DNA of 47,483 bases from an uncultured bacterium (GCA_964496365.1 CAZBZK010000007.1:1-47483), one strand, 5' to 3'. Shown: positions 1 through 9,950, counted from the stretch's first letter. Numbers and translations are program-made. Notes: a model not told the origin generated them from the letters alone.

Positions 1-70
1 TTTTAAATGATTTAATATCCTCTTTAATCAACTCTGAAATTTTATTCAGTGAGGTTAATTTTCTATCCAA
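1..70 (-). CDS. 5' end of a gene running off the left edge; possibly polyprenyl diphosphate synthase
   Basis: Open frame from TTG at 70 (MDRKLTSLNKISELIKEDIKSFK...) directly downstream of tatC. Resembles N-termini of IspB-type enzymes, but only 23 codons are visible. Confidence 0.35.
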   Translation of the reverse strand, partial: MDRKLTSLNKISELIKEDIKSFK

Positions 71-96
71 ACTTTATTACCTGTCTGAAATAACCA

Positions 97-849
97 TTAA
101 ATTGAATCTGATTTCGGTTGTGCAAAAAATGCGACTCCAATACTTAATTCATAAATTAAAATCAATGGAATAGTCATGATGATTAAGCTTACGGGATCCG
201 GGGGTGTAATAACAGCTGATAATACCAAAATAATAATTATGGCATGTTTTCGATAATGTTTCAAAAAGGAAGGAGTAGCAATATTGAGTCTCGCCAATAT
301 AAAAATTAAAACTGGAAGTTCAAATATGCTCCCACAGCCTACCATAAGCCAAGTTATAAAACTAAGGTAATAATTTATGGAAAAATTATTTTGTATCCCG
401 GAATATCCCATAGAACTGAAAAAATTAAGAGAAATTGGAATCAGGATAAAATATGCAAAAGAAATTCCTACTATAAAGGATAAAAATGTAAATAAAATAA
501 GTGGAAAAGCAATTTTCTTCTCTTTCAAATGAAGACCCGGCGAAACAAATTCCCAGATTTGATATGTAATCACAGGTAAGGATAAAACACACCCACATAC
601 AAAAGATAGTCCCCATTTAATGATAAACATGCCCTGAATTTGAAGGACTTGTAAATTAAATGTATTGGATATATTTTGTATGGGAATCAACAACAATGCA
701 ATTATTTTATCTACAAAAATAAAGGAAATAATGGAACCCAAAAGAACTCCGGTAAGCGTTTTGAGAAGTCGCCATCTTAATTCCTCTAAATGATCTAAAA
801 ATGGCATATCTGAATAGTCACGTCCTTTTTCTTGATTCATTGAGTCCAC
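97..849 (-). CDS. tatC: Twin-arginine translocase subunit TatC
   Basis: MPFLDHLEELRWRL, YQIWEFVSPGL, FELP and SAVITPPD motifs; multiple hydrophobic segments. Alternative ATG start at 840. Confidence 0.97.
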   Translation of the reverse strand: MDSMNQEKGRDYSDMPFLDHLEELRWRLLKTLTGVLLGSIISFIFVDKIIALLLIPIQNISNTFNLQVLQIQGMFIIKWGLSFVCGCVLSLPVITYQIWEFVSPGLHLKEKKIAFPLILFTFLSFIVGISFAYFILIPISLNFFSSMGYSGIQNNFSINYYLSFITWLMVGCGSIFELPVLIFILARLNIATPSFLKHYRKHAIIIILVLSAVITPPDPVSLIIMTIPLILIYELSIGVAFFAQPKSDSI

Positions 850-861
850 CAGAAGACAGAA

Positions 862-1038
862 TTACGATAGCTCCGAATCCTCGAGTAAATGGTATAACCC
901 TAAACCTAAAGAATTAGATAAGTATTTCCTCGTATCTTCAATATTATTATAATTCACAGAGTTTTGATAATTAGGTAAAACTATAGTTGACAACTTGGGA
1001 TTTATCCCAAAAAACATGTGTTGAATTACCCTTTTCAT
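862..1038 (-). CDS. Small hypothetical protein, 58 aa (below the ORF track cut-off)
   Basis: Hand-translated: MKRVIQHMFFGINPKLSTIVLPNYQNSVNYNNIEDTRKYLSNSLGLGLYHLLEDSELS. ATGA overlap with the meaB stop; fills the meaB-tatC gap. Confidence 0.4.
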   Translation of the reverse strand: MKRVIQHMFFGINPKLSTIVLPNYQNSVNYNNIEDTRKYLSNSLGLGLYHLLEDSELS

Positions 1039-1964
1039 TTTTGTAGAAGTAATTGAGCTAATTCATGAGGAGATTTAATATCCGTATCAATTTTATCCGT
1101 CAGTGTCTCCAACATTTGTTTTTTATCACGAGACCAAAAATCCAATAATAATTCGTCTTTTATTAAATTCAACACTCTGTATTTATAACGATTAATTCGT
1201 TTTTTTCTTAGAATACCTTTTTTATTAATGTTCGCATAATAAGATTTGATGGCTCTAAATAATTTGTTCAATCCAACTCGGGCATGGGCTTCAGTTTTTA
1301 TTATAAATGGAAACTCGCCATCTCGTTCTAGATTTAAATGTACCATTGAAGTCAAGAGAGTATGGAGATTATTTGATCCAGGGCGGTCTGATTTATTGAT
1401 GACATAAATATCGGCGATTTCCAATAATCCTGCTTTCATAAACTGAACTTCATCACCGGATTCTGGTGACAAAACCACAATGGTGATATCCGCTGTATTT
1501 GCAATTTCAATTTCACCTTGTCCTACACCTACTGTTTCAAATAAAATAAAATCTTTTCCACTTGCACCGATTATATCTCCTGTATCTTCCGCCTTTTTTG
1601 ACAATCCACCCAAATCACCTCGTGAACCCATGCTACGTATAAAAACTCGATTGTCCCAAGCATGTGAATTCATTCGCACCCGATCTCCCAATACAGACCC
1701 TCCTGTGAAAGGACTCGTCGGATCAATGGCAATGACTCCAACCGTTAAATCATCATCTAACATCTCATGAATCAACCCATTGGAAATAGTACTTTTCCCA
1801 ACACCGGGTGGACCCGTAATTCCGATACGAATGGATTTTAAGGTCGCAGAATGTATATCAATAAAAAAAGAATCTGGAATTGATTCACCATTTTCAATTT
1901 TACTGATAGTACGTGAGAGTGCAAGATGATCATTGGATTTTATCCTTTGAATAAGATCCTGCAT
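1035..1964 (-). CDS. meaB: Methylmalonyl-CoA mutase-associated GTPase MeaB (ArgK/LAO family)
   Basis: GITGPPGVGKST, IDPTSPFTGGSVLGDRVRM, ETVGVGQ, KAGLLEIAD and NKSD motifs. Confidence 0.95.
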   Translation of the reverse strand: MQDLIQRIKSNDHLALSRTISKIENGESIPDSFFIDIHSATLKSIRIGITGPPGVGKSTISNGLIHEMLDDDLTVGVIAIDPTSPFTGGSVLGDRVRMNSHAWDNRVFIRSMGSRGDLGGLSKKAEDTGDIIGASGKDFILFETVGVGQGEIEIANTADITIVVLSPESGDEVQFMKAGLLEIADIYVINKSDRPGSNNLHTLLTSMVHLNLERDGEFPFIIKTEAHARVGLNKLFRAIKSYYANINKKGILRKKRINRYKYRVLNLIKDELLLDFWSRDKKQMLETLTDKIDTDIKSPHELAQLLLQK

Positions 1965-1987
1965 GAGAACTTAGTGTGGAATAATTC

Positions 1988-2668
1988 CTATGTAAATTGG
2001 CGAGAAAATGTTGAAAAATTATTAATGACTAATTTTTTTCCAGTTCGATTAATAAAATTTTTATCTTCCAACATTTTGAACACTCTTGAAACTGTTTCCC
2101 TACTGGTTCCAGCCATATTCGCAATATCCTGTTGATAGGGAATTGAGTCTATTGTCACAGCACCTTCTTGAATTTTTCCCATTTCTTCGGCAAGACGAAT
2201 TAACACAAGTGCAATGCGTTGTTCAGCTCCACTAAGAGATAAACTTTCAATTTGTTGATCGCTGTGTCGAATTCTCGAGGTTAGTTCTTTTAGTAAATGT
2301 ATTGCGATTTTGGGAATTCGTTCCAATATGTCTAAAAAGTCACTTCTTTGTAAGGTCAAAACATCTGCATTTTCAAGGGCAACGACATTGGCAGATCTGC
2401 CTTCACCATCTAATAACGCCATCTCGCCAAAAAAATCGCCTTCCCCTAATATAGCTAAAATGACCTCTCTTCCATCATCACTCATTCTAGTAATTTTTAC
2501 CGTGCCAGAATTAATTATAAAAAACGTTTCGCCCATGCTTTCTTCAACCAAAATCATTTGTTCCTTGTGGTAGGATCTGGCCACCATTTTTTCTGTAATC
2601 TTATTGAGTGATGCACGACTTAAATCGCTAAATAACGGCACACTTTGAATTAACTGATTTTTATTCAT
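1988..2668 (-). CDS. Crp/Fnr family transcriptional regulator (cNMP-binding type)
   Basis: FFGEMALL...RSANV cyclic-nucleotide pocket and GTSRETVSR helix-turn-helix; no Fnr-type Cys cluster. Confidence 0.93.
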   Translation of the reverse strand: MNKNQLIQSVPLFSDLSRASLNKITEKMVARSYHKEQMILVEESMGETFFIINSGTVKITRMSDDGREVILAILGEGDFFGEMALLDGEGRSANVVALENADVLTLQRSDFLDILERIPKIAIHLLKELTSRIRHSDQQIESLSLSGAEQRIALVLIRLAEEMGKIQEGAVTIDSIPYQQDIANMAGTSRETVSRVFKMLEDKNFINRTGKKLVINNFSTFSRQFT

Positions 2669-2813
2669 ATTCTATAGTCTCAATTAAATGAACAATATTT
2701 CTTTTAAAAACAACCAAGCGAAGTTAGTAGAAAATTCTTATAATATCCTTTTGAAATTTATAGGTGGTTGAGATAACTTCGCCTCGTTTTAATAAGGAAA
2801 TTTTAATAGCAAA

Positions 2814-3074
2814 ATGGATAGACATCCTCAACAAATAAAAAGAGAGCGGCAGGACAAGACTCGCCGTGAGCAAAATATAAAAAATTTATCGCGGTTAAAA
2901 ACATTGATAAAAAGTGTATTATCCGCTTCAGACTCATCGGCTGCTGAACCTATTTACAAAGACGCAGTGAGTTTTATTGATAAAATGGCTCAATCAGGAT
3001 TGATTCATAGAAATACTGCTGCTCGTCGAAAATCTCAAATTACAAATCACCTGAATTCTCTCAGTAAATCTTAG
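2814..3074 (+). CDS. rpsT: 30S ribosomal protein S20
   Basis: 86 aa basic protein with IDKMAQSGLIHRNTAARRKS signature. Stop overlaps the convergent guaB stop. Confidence 0.95.
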   Translation: MDRHPQQIKRERQDKTRREQNIKNLSRLKTLIKSVLSASDSSAAEPIYKDAVSFIDKMAQSGLIHRNTAARRKSQITNHLNSLSKS

Positions 3075-4522
3075 ATATCAGGAGCTCTGTAATTTGGAGC
3101 TTCTTTTGAAATACGTACTTCATGAGGATGATTTTCCCTTACGGAAGCGTTTGATATTTGAATAAACTCTGCGTTTTTTTGGAATTTCTGAATGGTTTTT
3201 CCACCGCAATATCCCATGGAGGAACGCAAACCTCCTATCAATTGATGGATGGTATTTCTAACTGGTCCACGATAAGGAACCATGCCCTCAATTCCTTCAG
3301 GTACTAATTTTGTCTGATCCGAATCCTCTTGAAAATACCGATCACTACTCCCTTTTTTCATGGCTCCAATGGAACCCATTCCTCTATAAGATTTAAACTG
3401 GCGACCTTCATAAAGTATGATTTCCCCCGGACTTTCATCCATCCCAGCTAATACACTCCCTAACATAACCGCACTTGCACCACCAGCTATTGATTTTGCT
3501 AAATCTCCGCTGTAACGAATTCCACCATCAGCAATAATTTTTCGATTATATTTTTCTGCTTCCTCGAAACAATCCTGAATTGCTGTCAATTGCGGTATCC
3601 CTACTCCAGCGATAACTCTTGTTGTGCAACTTGCACCTGCACCAATACCAACTTTCACCACATCTACTCCTGAGTCGATTAATGCCTTGGTTCCAGTGGG
3701 TGTCGCAACATTTCCCGCAATCAATGATATTTTTGATATTGTAGATTTAACACGTTCCACACTTTCAAGAACCCCTTTAGAATGTCCATGAGCTGTGTCC
3801 ATAACAATGACATCGACATCTGCATCTCTTAACGCTTCGGCTCTTTCCAATCCATCCATTCCTACACCAATGGCTGCTCCAACCATTAATCTTCCATTTT
3901 TGTCCTTGCTTGCAAGTGGATATAACTCCTTTTTTTGAATATCCTTGACTGTTATTAATCCTTTCAAGTTATTTTTTTTATCCACAACCAATAATTTTTC
4001 AATTCTGTATTTTTGTAAAATCTCTTTTGCTTTTTCTAAAGTGGTACCAATAGGAACTGTAATCATGTTTTTGGATGTCATCCTGGATTTCACTTTTAAG
4101 GATAAATCTTCTTCAAACCGAATATCCCTATTGGTAAGGATTCCCACTAGTTTTTTTCCGTTTACAATTGGAAGACCGCTAATACTGTAATCATTCATGA
4201 TTCTCTTTGCATCTCCAATGGTTTGATTTTCATTCAATGTAATGGGATCCATAATCATACCACTTTCAGATCGTTTTACTTTTTGAACCATGTCCACCTG
4301 TTCGGATATGTCCAAATTTTTATGAATGATTCCTAATCCTCCTTCTCGAGCAATGGATTTCGCCATTTCATACTCTGTTACCGTGTCCATAGCAGCACTC
4401 AAAATTGGAATATTGAGAGAAATATTATCAGTCAATTGAATGTTTAAATCTACGTTCCTAGGTAATATCTCTGAATGCTGAGGAACTAATAAAACATCGT
4501 CAAAAGTTAGTGCTTTTTTCAT
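3071..4522 (-). CDS. guaB: Inosine-5'-monophosphate dehydrogenase with CBS pair
   Basis: ALTFDDVLLVP, SAAMDTVTE, DTAHGHS, catalytic CTTR, ADGGI, YRGMGS, flap DRYFQ and VPEGIEG. Confidence 0.96.
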   Translation of the reverse strand: MKKALTFDDVLLVPQHSEILPRNVDLNIQLTDNISLNIPILSAAMDTVTEYEMAKSIAREGGLGIIHKNLDISEQVDMVQKVKRSESGMIMDPITLNENQTIGDAKRIMNDYSISGLPIVNGKKLVGILTNRDIRFEEDLSLKVKSRMTSKNMITVPIGTTLEKAKEILQKYRIEKLLVVDKKNNLKGLITVKDIQKKELYPLASKDKNGRLMVGAAIGVGMDGLERAEALRDADVDVIVMDTAHGHSKGVLESVERVKSTISKISLIAGNVATPTGTKALIDSGVDVVKVGIGAGASCTTRVIAGVGIPQLTAIQDCFEEAEKYNRKIIADGGIRYSGDLAKSIAGGASAVMLGSVLAGMDESPGEIILYEGRQFKSYRGMGSIGAMKKGSSDRYFQEDSDQTKLVPEGIEGMVPYRGPVRNTIHQLIGGLRSSMGYCGGKTIQKFQKNAEFIQISNASVRENHPHEVRISKEAPNYRAPDI

Positions 4523-4541
4523 GGGTTGGTATTTTTCATCA

Positions 4542-6068
4542 TTAGTTTAGTTCAATTATATTTTCCACAATTTTGGTAAGTTCGCCACTCGTGATCATTT
4601 CTTTTACAGAATAAATTTCCTCATCCAAAGGGCGATCTCCTGTTTCAATTGCCATCAATGGTTTTATCTTTTTTATCACTTCTCTGCTGATACGGGCAGG
4701 TCTTATTTTTTTGAAAAACATAGTAGAAGCGGTTATATTGATCATTAATTCAATCGCTAAGATTGTTGCGGTATTTTTCGCAATTTTTTCTGCTTTTTGC
4801 CCTGCCCATGGTGCCATGGAAACAAAATCTTCCTGCCCTGCTGAAGTGGTTAAACTATCCACACTGGCTGGATGGGAAAGTGTTTTATTTTCCGATGCAA
4901 GTGCAGCCGCCGTAACTTGTGCAAGCATATAACCGGATTCCAATCCTGGATTTAAGGCTAAAAACGGAGGAACAGTTTTCTCAATTCCCTTCATAAAATA
5001 ATGAATACGTTTTTGTGATATTGCCCCTATTTCACTCAAAGCAATTCCTAATGAGTCCATTGCTTGTGCAATATGTTCACCATGAAAATGACCGGAAGAA
5101 TAAATTTCATCTTTTGAAAATATTAACGGATTATCACTTACACTATTAATCTCGTTATTTACTATTTTCGACTGATGAGTAATGACATCCCTGCTGGCAC
5201 CATGAACATGAGGAATACACCGAAAACTATATGGATCTTGAATTTTACCGCAATTCTTGTGAGACTCCACCAATTTGCTGTCTGCCAAAATAGTCCAAAT
5301 ATTTTTCGCAGAATCATTTTGACCTTCGTGGGATTTCAACGCATGGATTTTTGGGTTAAAAACTGCCCTGGAACACATACTAGACTCTACAGATAAAGCA
5401 CCAATAATATCGGCACATTTAAGCAAATTAAACGATTGGATTAGTAGATTTATAGCGATGGCGGTTGAATATTGTGTCCCGTTAATTAAACTAATTCCCT
5501 CTTTTGGTTCCAAAATCAAAGGATTTATTCCAATTTTTTTAATCACCTGATCCGTGTTAATTTGCTTTCCATTATAAAAGACCTTTCCCTCTCCGATAAG
5601 CGGTAAAGCTAGATGAGCTAACGGAGCCAAATCACCACTTGCTCCTACAGATCCTTTTTCAGGAATAAACGGAATTATATTTTCATTTAGAAAAAATATG
5701 AGTTGCTGAGCAATTTCTTTTCGAACCCCGCTGTATCCTTTTGAAAAAGTGAGTAATTTTAAAAACATCATGACTCGCACAATTCCTTTTTCTATTGGTT
5801 TTCCCACACCGGATGCATGGCTCCTGACGAGATTCAATTGTAATTTTTTCTGGTCCTCTGGATTTATATTTACATGACTCAGTTTTCCAAAGCCAGTGGT
5901 GACACCGTATATAGGACGATTCGATTTAAGGATAGATACTAAATGGGTGTGAGATCGATGAATGGATTCCATCGCTTCTTCAGATAATCGGACGGGAACC
6001 GGTTCTCGAATAATTGTTTGAAAATCCTTATAACTGTAGTTATCTCTTGAAATAATGAGGGCTGACAT
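4542..6068 (-). CDS. hutH: Histidine ammonia-lyase
   Basis: YGVTTGFG, LVRSH (His-selective SH pair), MIO-forming GASGDLAPL, QDPYSFRC and QEDFVSM. Confidence 0.94.
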   Translation of the reverse strand: MSALIISRDNYSYKDFQTIIREPVPVRLSEEAMESIHRSHTHLVSILKSNRPIYGVTTGFGKLSHVNINPEDQKKLQLNLVRSHASGVGKPIEKGIVRVMMFLKLLTFSKGYSGVRKEIAQQLIFFLNENIIPFIPEKGSVGASGDLAPLAHLALPLIGEGKVFYNGKQINTDQVIKKIGINPLILEPKEGISLINGTQYSTAIAINLLIQSFNLLKCADIIGALSVESSMCSRAVFNPKIHALKSHEGQNDSAKNIWTILADSKLVESHKNCGKIQDPYSFRCIPHVHGASRDVITHQSKIVNNEINSVSDNPLIFSKDEIYSSGHFHGEHIAQAMDSLGIALSEIGAISQKRIHYFMKGIEKTVPPFLALNPGLESGYMLAQVTAAALASENKTLSHPASVDSLTTSAGQEDFVSMAPWAGQKAEKIAKNTATILAIELMINITASTMFFKKIRPARISREVIKKIKPLMAIETGDRPLDEEIYSVKEMITSGELTKIVENIIELN

Positions 6069-6324
6069 AAAGAAATTTAGGATGGGTATCTTTTACAGAA
6101 AAAGGAAGAATTTAAGATTGGATAAATTTACTTTGTATTACTATTTACGAATTTATCTAATCCAGATTTTAGGAATGATCATCATATAAAAATTAATTCC
6201 GGTCTCAATATTTTCTATCATAAATACTGAGAGATTATTTTTATATAAAGGTTAGGATCATCAAGATATTGAATTATTGAAGCATATTTAGCCGGCGGGG
6301 AATTTTGTTTAAATACTAATGAAT

Positions 6325-8316
6325 TTAATAAATAAACTGACTTGCAACTGGGTGTTCTGGTTCTAAGTTTAAAACCAATTTTGCCCATTCAGATGCTTCT
6401 TCGTTGTTATCTGCTTCTCGGTTTAATTCAGCCATTCTGAGTAAGGATGCAATATCTTCAGGGTGATTTTGTAAAATGGTTAAATAGGTTTGAACCCCTT
6501 TTTCAAATTTTTCATTTAAAATATATAATTCTGCTAAATTTCGTTGTGGATCTATAAAATTGGGTGAATATTTCATCGCCATCATGAAGAAGTGTTTTGC
6601 TTCCTCATATTTTCCTTCATTCACCCATATTAATCCCTTTTGATTTAATCCTTCAGCGTGAAATGGATTAATCTCCAACAACTGGTTAACATAGGTAGTT
6701 GCATGATCTATGTCCCCGTGGTTTCGGTAACATAGAACCATGCCATAAAGTGCTTCTTCAGAAATGGGATTATCCATCAATATTTTTAAAAATTTTGTTT
6801 CAGCGTTTGTAAAATTGGATTGTTCGAGGTCGTTTATACCTGAAGATAATAAATGATTATGCTGATCATCCAAAGGATGTTTAATCTCCAGTAATTCTTC
6901 ATAATCTACTTGGGGCCACTTCTTTTGAAAAATAGGCAATCGTTCTTTCAAATTTTCTAATATATCAATGTCATTTGCTTTAAAAGTTTGACTTCCGTAA
7001 TGATGAATAAAAACAGATTCATCCACCATTAATGCCAATCCTTTTGATTTAATTTTTAAACTAAAATCATCATCTTCAAAATTTCCTACTCCAAACGTTT
7101 CATCAAATCCGTTGATTGAATTAAAAACGTCTTTTCTTAGCAACATTGCAAATCCTGCTAATCTCCTGCGGGGAGTTAGTTTTCCTTTATTTTCTTTTTT
7201 AATGAAATCTGCAAATTCTAAATAATTATCTCCTTCATAATGCCCTACATAACTCTGTCTTCCGCTAATATGATTTGTTACGGGTCCTACAACGCCAATT
7301 TTTTCACAAATTTCCAATGAATTTACCAATTGTGTTAACCAATTCTCCGAAACCAGAACATCGTTATTTAATAACATAACATAGGTACCCTTTGCCACAG
7401 AAACACCTTGATTATTTCCTCCAGCAAATCCTTTATTGGTTTTGTTTTCAATGAGACGGAAATTTTCATTTTGTTCTACTAACTCACGCAAATATTCTGG
7501 AGTACCGTCCGTGGATGCATTATCTACAAATATGATTTCATATGGATAATTAGTAAACTTCAAAATTGATTGAATGCATTTCTTAGTGTACTCTAGAGTA
7601 TTGTAAGTAAGAATAATTATTGATACTAATGGTAAATCATCAATTTTACCTTTAAATAAATTTAATGGAGCAACTTTAATAAGATATTGATAATGGTTTG
7701 TCTCATCAGCTAGACTGCTCACGTTTAATCCCGATTGAGTTAGAGCGTTTAATAATTTTGGTGAGATTTTGTATTCTCCAAATTTTGTTGCTTGAATATC
7801 ATTTATTTTATAACCAGCATTCTGAAACATTTTTATTATTGAACTTTTTGTAAAAAATCGTAAATGAGTCCGATCTAAGATTCCTGCGTCCTGATATTCC
7901 CATTTACCTTCAATCAAATCTTTTAATACTGACCAATGCCTAACATTTGGTATACTCGCTATAATTTCACCATTATCAGATAACTTTTCTTTGATCAAAT
8001 CTAAAATTAAATATGGGTCTTCAAGGTGTTCAAGAACGTCTGCAAAAATAATTGAATCAAAATAGTTTTTTGGTAATTGGTTAATTTGATCTTCTATTTT
8101 TCCAATATAAACCTTATCAATAACATCCTTAGCTTTTTCTCCAATATCTTCAACTGGCTCTACGCCCCAAACCTCTGCACCTAATTTTTGTTTCATCTGT
8201 GAGCCAAACATACCAGTAGCACACCCTACATCTAATATTGTTTGTGATTTTGGGTCTACCAATGATTGGATTTCCGGACGGGAAAATTCAAAATATTCGT
8301 TATTTGTTTTTTGCAT
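6325..8316 (-). CDS. SAM methyltransferase / GT2 glycosyltransferase / TPR fusion, probably for flagellar glycosylation
   Basis: N-terminal LDVGCATG, ADVLEHL, LDRTHLRFFT; central VSIIILTYN, VDNASTDGT, LLNND, FEDDD; C-terminal TPR-like helices. Last gene of the flgF-csrA run. Confidence 0.88.
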   Translation of the reverse strand: MQKTNNEYFEFSRPEIQSLVDPKSQTILDVGCATGMFGSQMKQKLGAEVWGVEPVEDIGEKAKDVIDKVYIGKIEDQINQLPKNYFDSIIFADVLEHLEDPYLILDLIKEKLSDNGEIIASIPNVRHWSVLKDLIEGKWEYQDAGILDRTHLRFFTKSSIIKMFQNAGYKINDIQATKFGEYKISPKLLNALTQSGLNVSSLADETNHYQYLIKVAPLNLFKGKIDDLPLVSIIILTYNTLEYTKKCIQSILKFTNYPYEIIFVDNASTDGTPEYLRELVEQNENFRLIENKTNKGFAGGNNQGVSVAKGTYVMLLNNDVLVSENWLTQLVNSLEICEKIGVVGPVTNHISGRQSYVGHYEGDNYLEFADFIKKENKGKLTPRRRLAGFAMLLRKDVFNSINGFDETFGVGNFEDDDFSLKIKSKGLALMVDESVFIHHYGSQTFKANDIDILENLKERLPIFQKKWPQVDYEELLEIKHPLDDQHNHLLSSGINDLEQSNFTNAETKFLKILMDNPISEEALYGMVLCYRNHGDIDHATTYVNQLLEINPFHAEGLNQKGLIWVNEGKYEEAKHFFMMAMKYSPNFIDPQRNLAELYILNEKFEKGVQTYLTILQNHPEDIASLLRMAELNREADNNEEASEWAKLVLNLEPEHPVASQFIY

Positions 8317-8347
8317 AGTTTATTCTTTTTCTAAATTTGTTTTTAGT

Positions 8348-8554
8348 TTAAAACTTTAAAAATATGGATTCTTTTGCTATGGAATCTCTATTTGTATTTT
8401 TAACAGATTGATAAATTTCTTCACGATATACAGAAATGTGTCGGGGTGCATCAATACCAATTTTTATCGGTCTAGATGAACGACTCGAGGCAGAAACTAT
8501 AATGTCCTTACCAATTCTAATTTTTTCTCCTGACTTCCGTGTCAATACAAGCAT
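8348..8554 (-). CDS. csrA: Carbon storage regulator CsrA (divergent)
   Basis: MLVLTRKSGE start and KIGIDAP...VYREEIY; adjacent to fliW. Confidence 0.93.
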   Translation of the reverse strand: MLVLTRKSGEKIRIGKDIIVSASSRSSRPIKIGIDAPRHISVYREEIYQSVKNTNRDSIAKESIFLKF

Positions 8555-8583
8555 TTAACTTCCGTGTTAAATGGTTCAATAAA

Positions 8584-9072
8584 TTATGCTAAATCCAAAG
8601 GATGTTCTATATCTAATTCTGGATGTTCCAAAATGACTTGACAGCCAATAAGAGTATGAGGATTGATCACAATAGGCGCTTTTGTATTGGCAGTGAATTG
8701 ATTTTTTCCTTGAGTCATTTTTATCACAAAAAATGTATTGGTATCTTTTTGATGTTTGGCACCTATTTGTTCTAAATCGTTATCCCCAATGATGATATTT
8801 TGTTTTGATTCAAAATGTTCTATTGAAATTACCAACATGGCAATGGGAGGAGCTTCCAAAGATTGAAAAACCTGAAAGGGTGGATATTCCTTTAATGGAA
8901 CAATCAAGAATTTTGTTAATTCCTCAAATCCCGGGATTCCTTGTTTAAATTCTATCACCTTATTTAAATCCAAATCAGTTCCATTACCATTTAACATTTC
9001 GTATTCACCAGAATTGAATCGGTGTAAATAAATATTTTTATGTGTGTCCGTTGTGTTTAGTACTGTTTTCAT
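8584..9072 (-). CDS. fliW: Flagellar assembly factor FliW
   Basis: IEFKQGIPGFE and TANTKAPIVIN...GCQVIL motifs; lies between flgL and csrA. Confidence 0.92.
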   Translation of the reverse strand: MKTVLNTTDTHKNIYLHRFNSGEYEMLNGNGTDLDLNKVIEFKQGIPGFEELTKFLIVPLKEYPPFQVFQSLEAPPIAMLVISIEHFESKQNIIIGDNDLEQIGAKHQKDTNTFFVIKMTQGKNQFTANTKAPIVINPHTLIGCQVILEHPELDIEHPLDLA

Positions 9073-9950
9073 TTCAAAAAGTCCATTATGTTAAGTCTAA
9101 GAATATCTGCAGTGGATGACAATGCAGCTTGATATGCCATTTCTTCAGAATTATAATTTGTAATTGCAGTTGCCAAATCAACATCCTCTGTATCTGAGAG
9201 AAACGAGGACAAATTTATGTTGGCGGTTCTTAACCGATCTTCAGCTAAATCCAATTGTTGTTGTATGGATCCAATCCCGGTATTCAAACTAATTAATTTT
9301 TCTGAAACAGTATCCAATGTCCCAATGACATCAGAAATAGCATTTCCATCATTATTTTCCAATGCAATTTTCAAATTTAATGCAGAATCAAAAAGGTTTG
9401 TATCGAGTAAATCTTGACCATTGATGTTAATATTTATGGTAAAATTTTCCGAAATTCTTCGATTCATTTTTCCTACATTTCCATTGTAATTAACCGTATT
9501 ACCATCATATTCGAAAGGTGATTGAATTTTTGTTTTGGTTCCAGAAAATAAATTTTTATCCATAAAGGATTCATTGGATAAACTAATTAAATCTTCAATA
9601 ATATTTTTTACGGTATTTGCTATATGAAGTCGGCTTCCTGCATCGAGTGAATCATCAGCTCCTTGGATTGCTTTCTCTCTCAAAGCAATGACTTGATCCA
9701 ACATACTGTCCAGACTTCCTGAAGTTGCCATAAGCCAACCGTTCGCATTTTGAATATTTTCTAAATACTGCTCGTTTTGTTTCAAACTTTGTCTAAATCG
9801 ATTTGCACGATAAAATTGTACTGGATCATCGGAGGACTTTTCAATTTCTTTTCCTGTGGTTATGGATTTTTGTATTGAATGCATACTCTCCTTATTTCGA
9901 TTAATACTGGACAATAAACTTTTTGTTATCATTGATTCTGTAATTCGCAT
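9069..9950 (-). CDS. flgL: Hook-associated protein 3 FlgL
   Basis: MRITESM start, ITTGK...SDDP, and C-terminal EDVDLATAI...AYQAAL...IMDFLK. Confidence 0.95.
   Translation of the reverse strand: MRITESMITKSLLSSINRNKESMHSIQKSITTGKEIEKSSDDPVQFYRANRFRQSLKQNEQYLENIQNANGWLMATSGSLDSMLDQVIALREKAIQGADDSLDAGSRLHIANTVKNIIEDLISLSNESFMDKNLFSGTKTKIQSPFEYDGNTVNYNGNVGKMNRRISENFTINININGQDLLDTNLFDSALNLKIALENNDGNAISDVIGTLDTVSEKLISLNTGIGSIQQQLDLAEDRLRTANINLSSFLSDTEDVDLATAITNYNSEEMAYQAALSSTADILRLNIMDFLK

Noticed and set aside
995-1010. TTGGGA-TTTA-TCCCAA hairpin between meaB and tatC
   Set aside because: Short stem with the T run on the wrong side for a minus-strand terminator.
6116-6231. Imperfect AT-rich inverted repeats upstream of hutH
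   Set aside because: Low complexity, long loops and no match to an operator I can name; could be chance.
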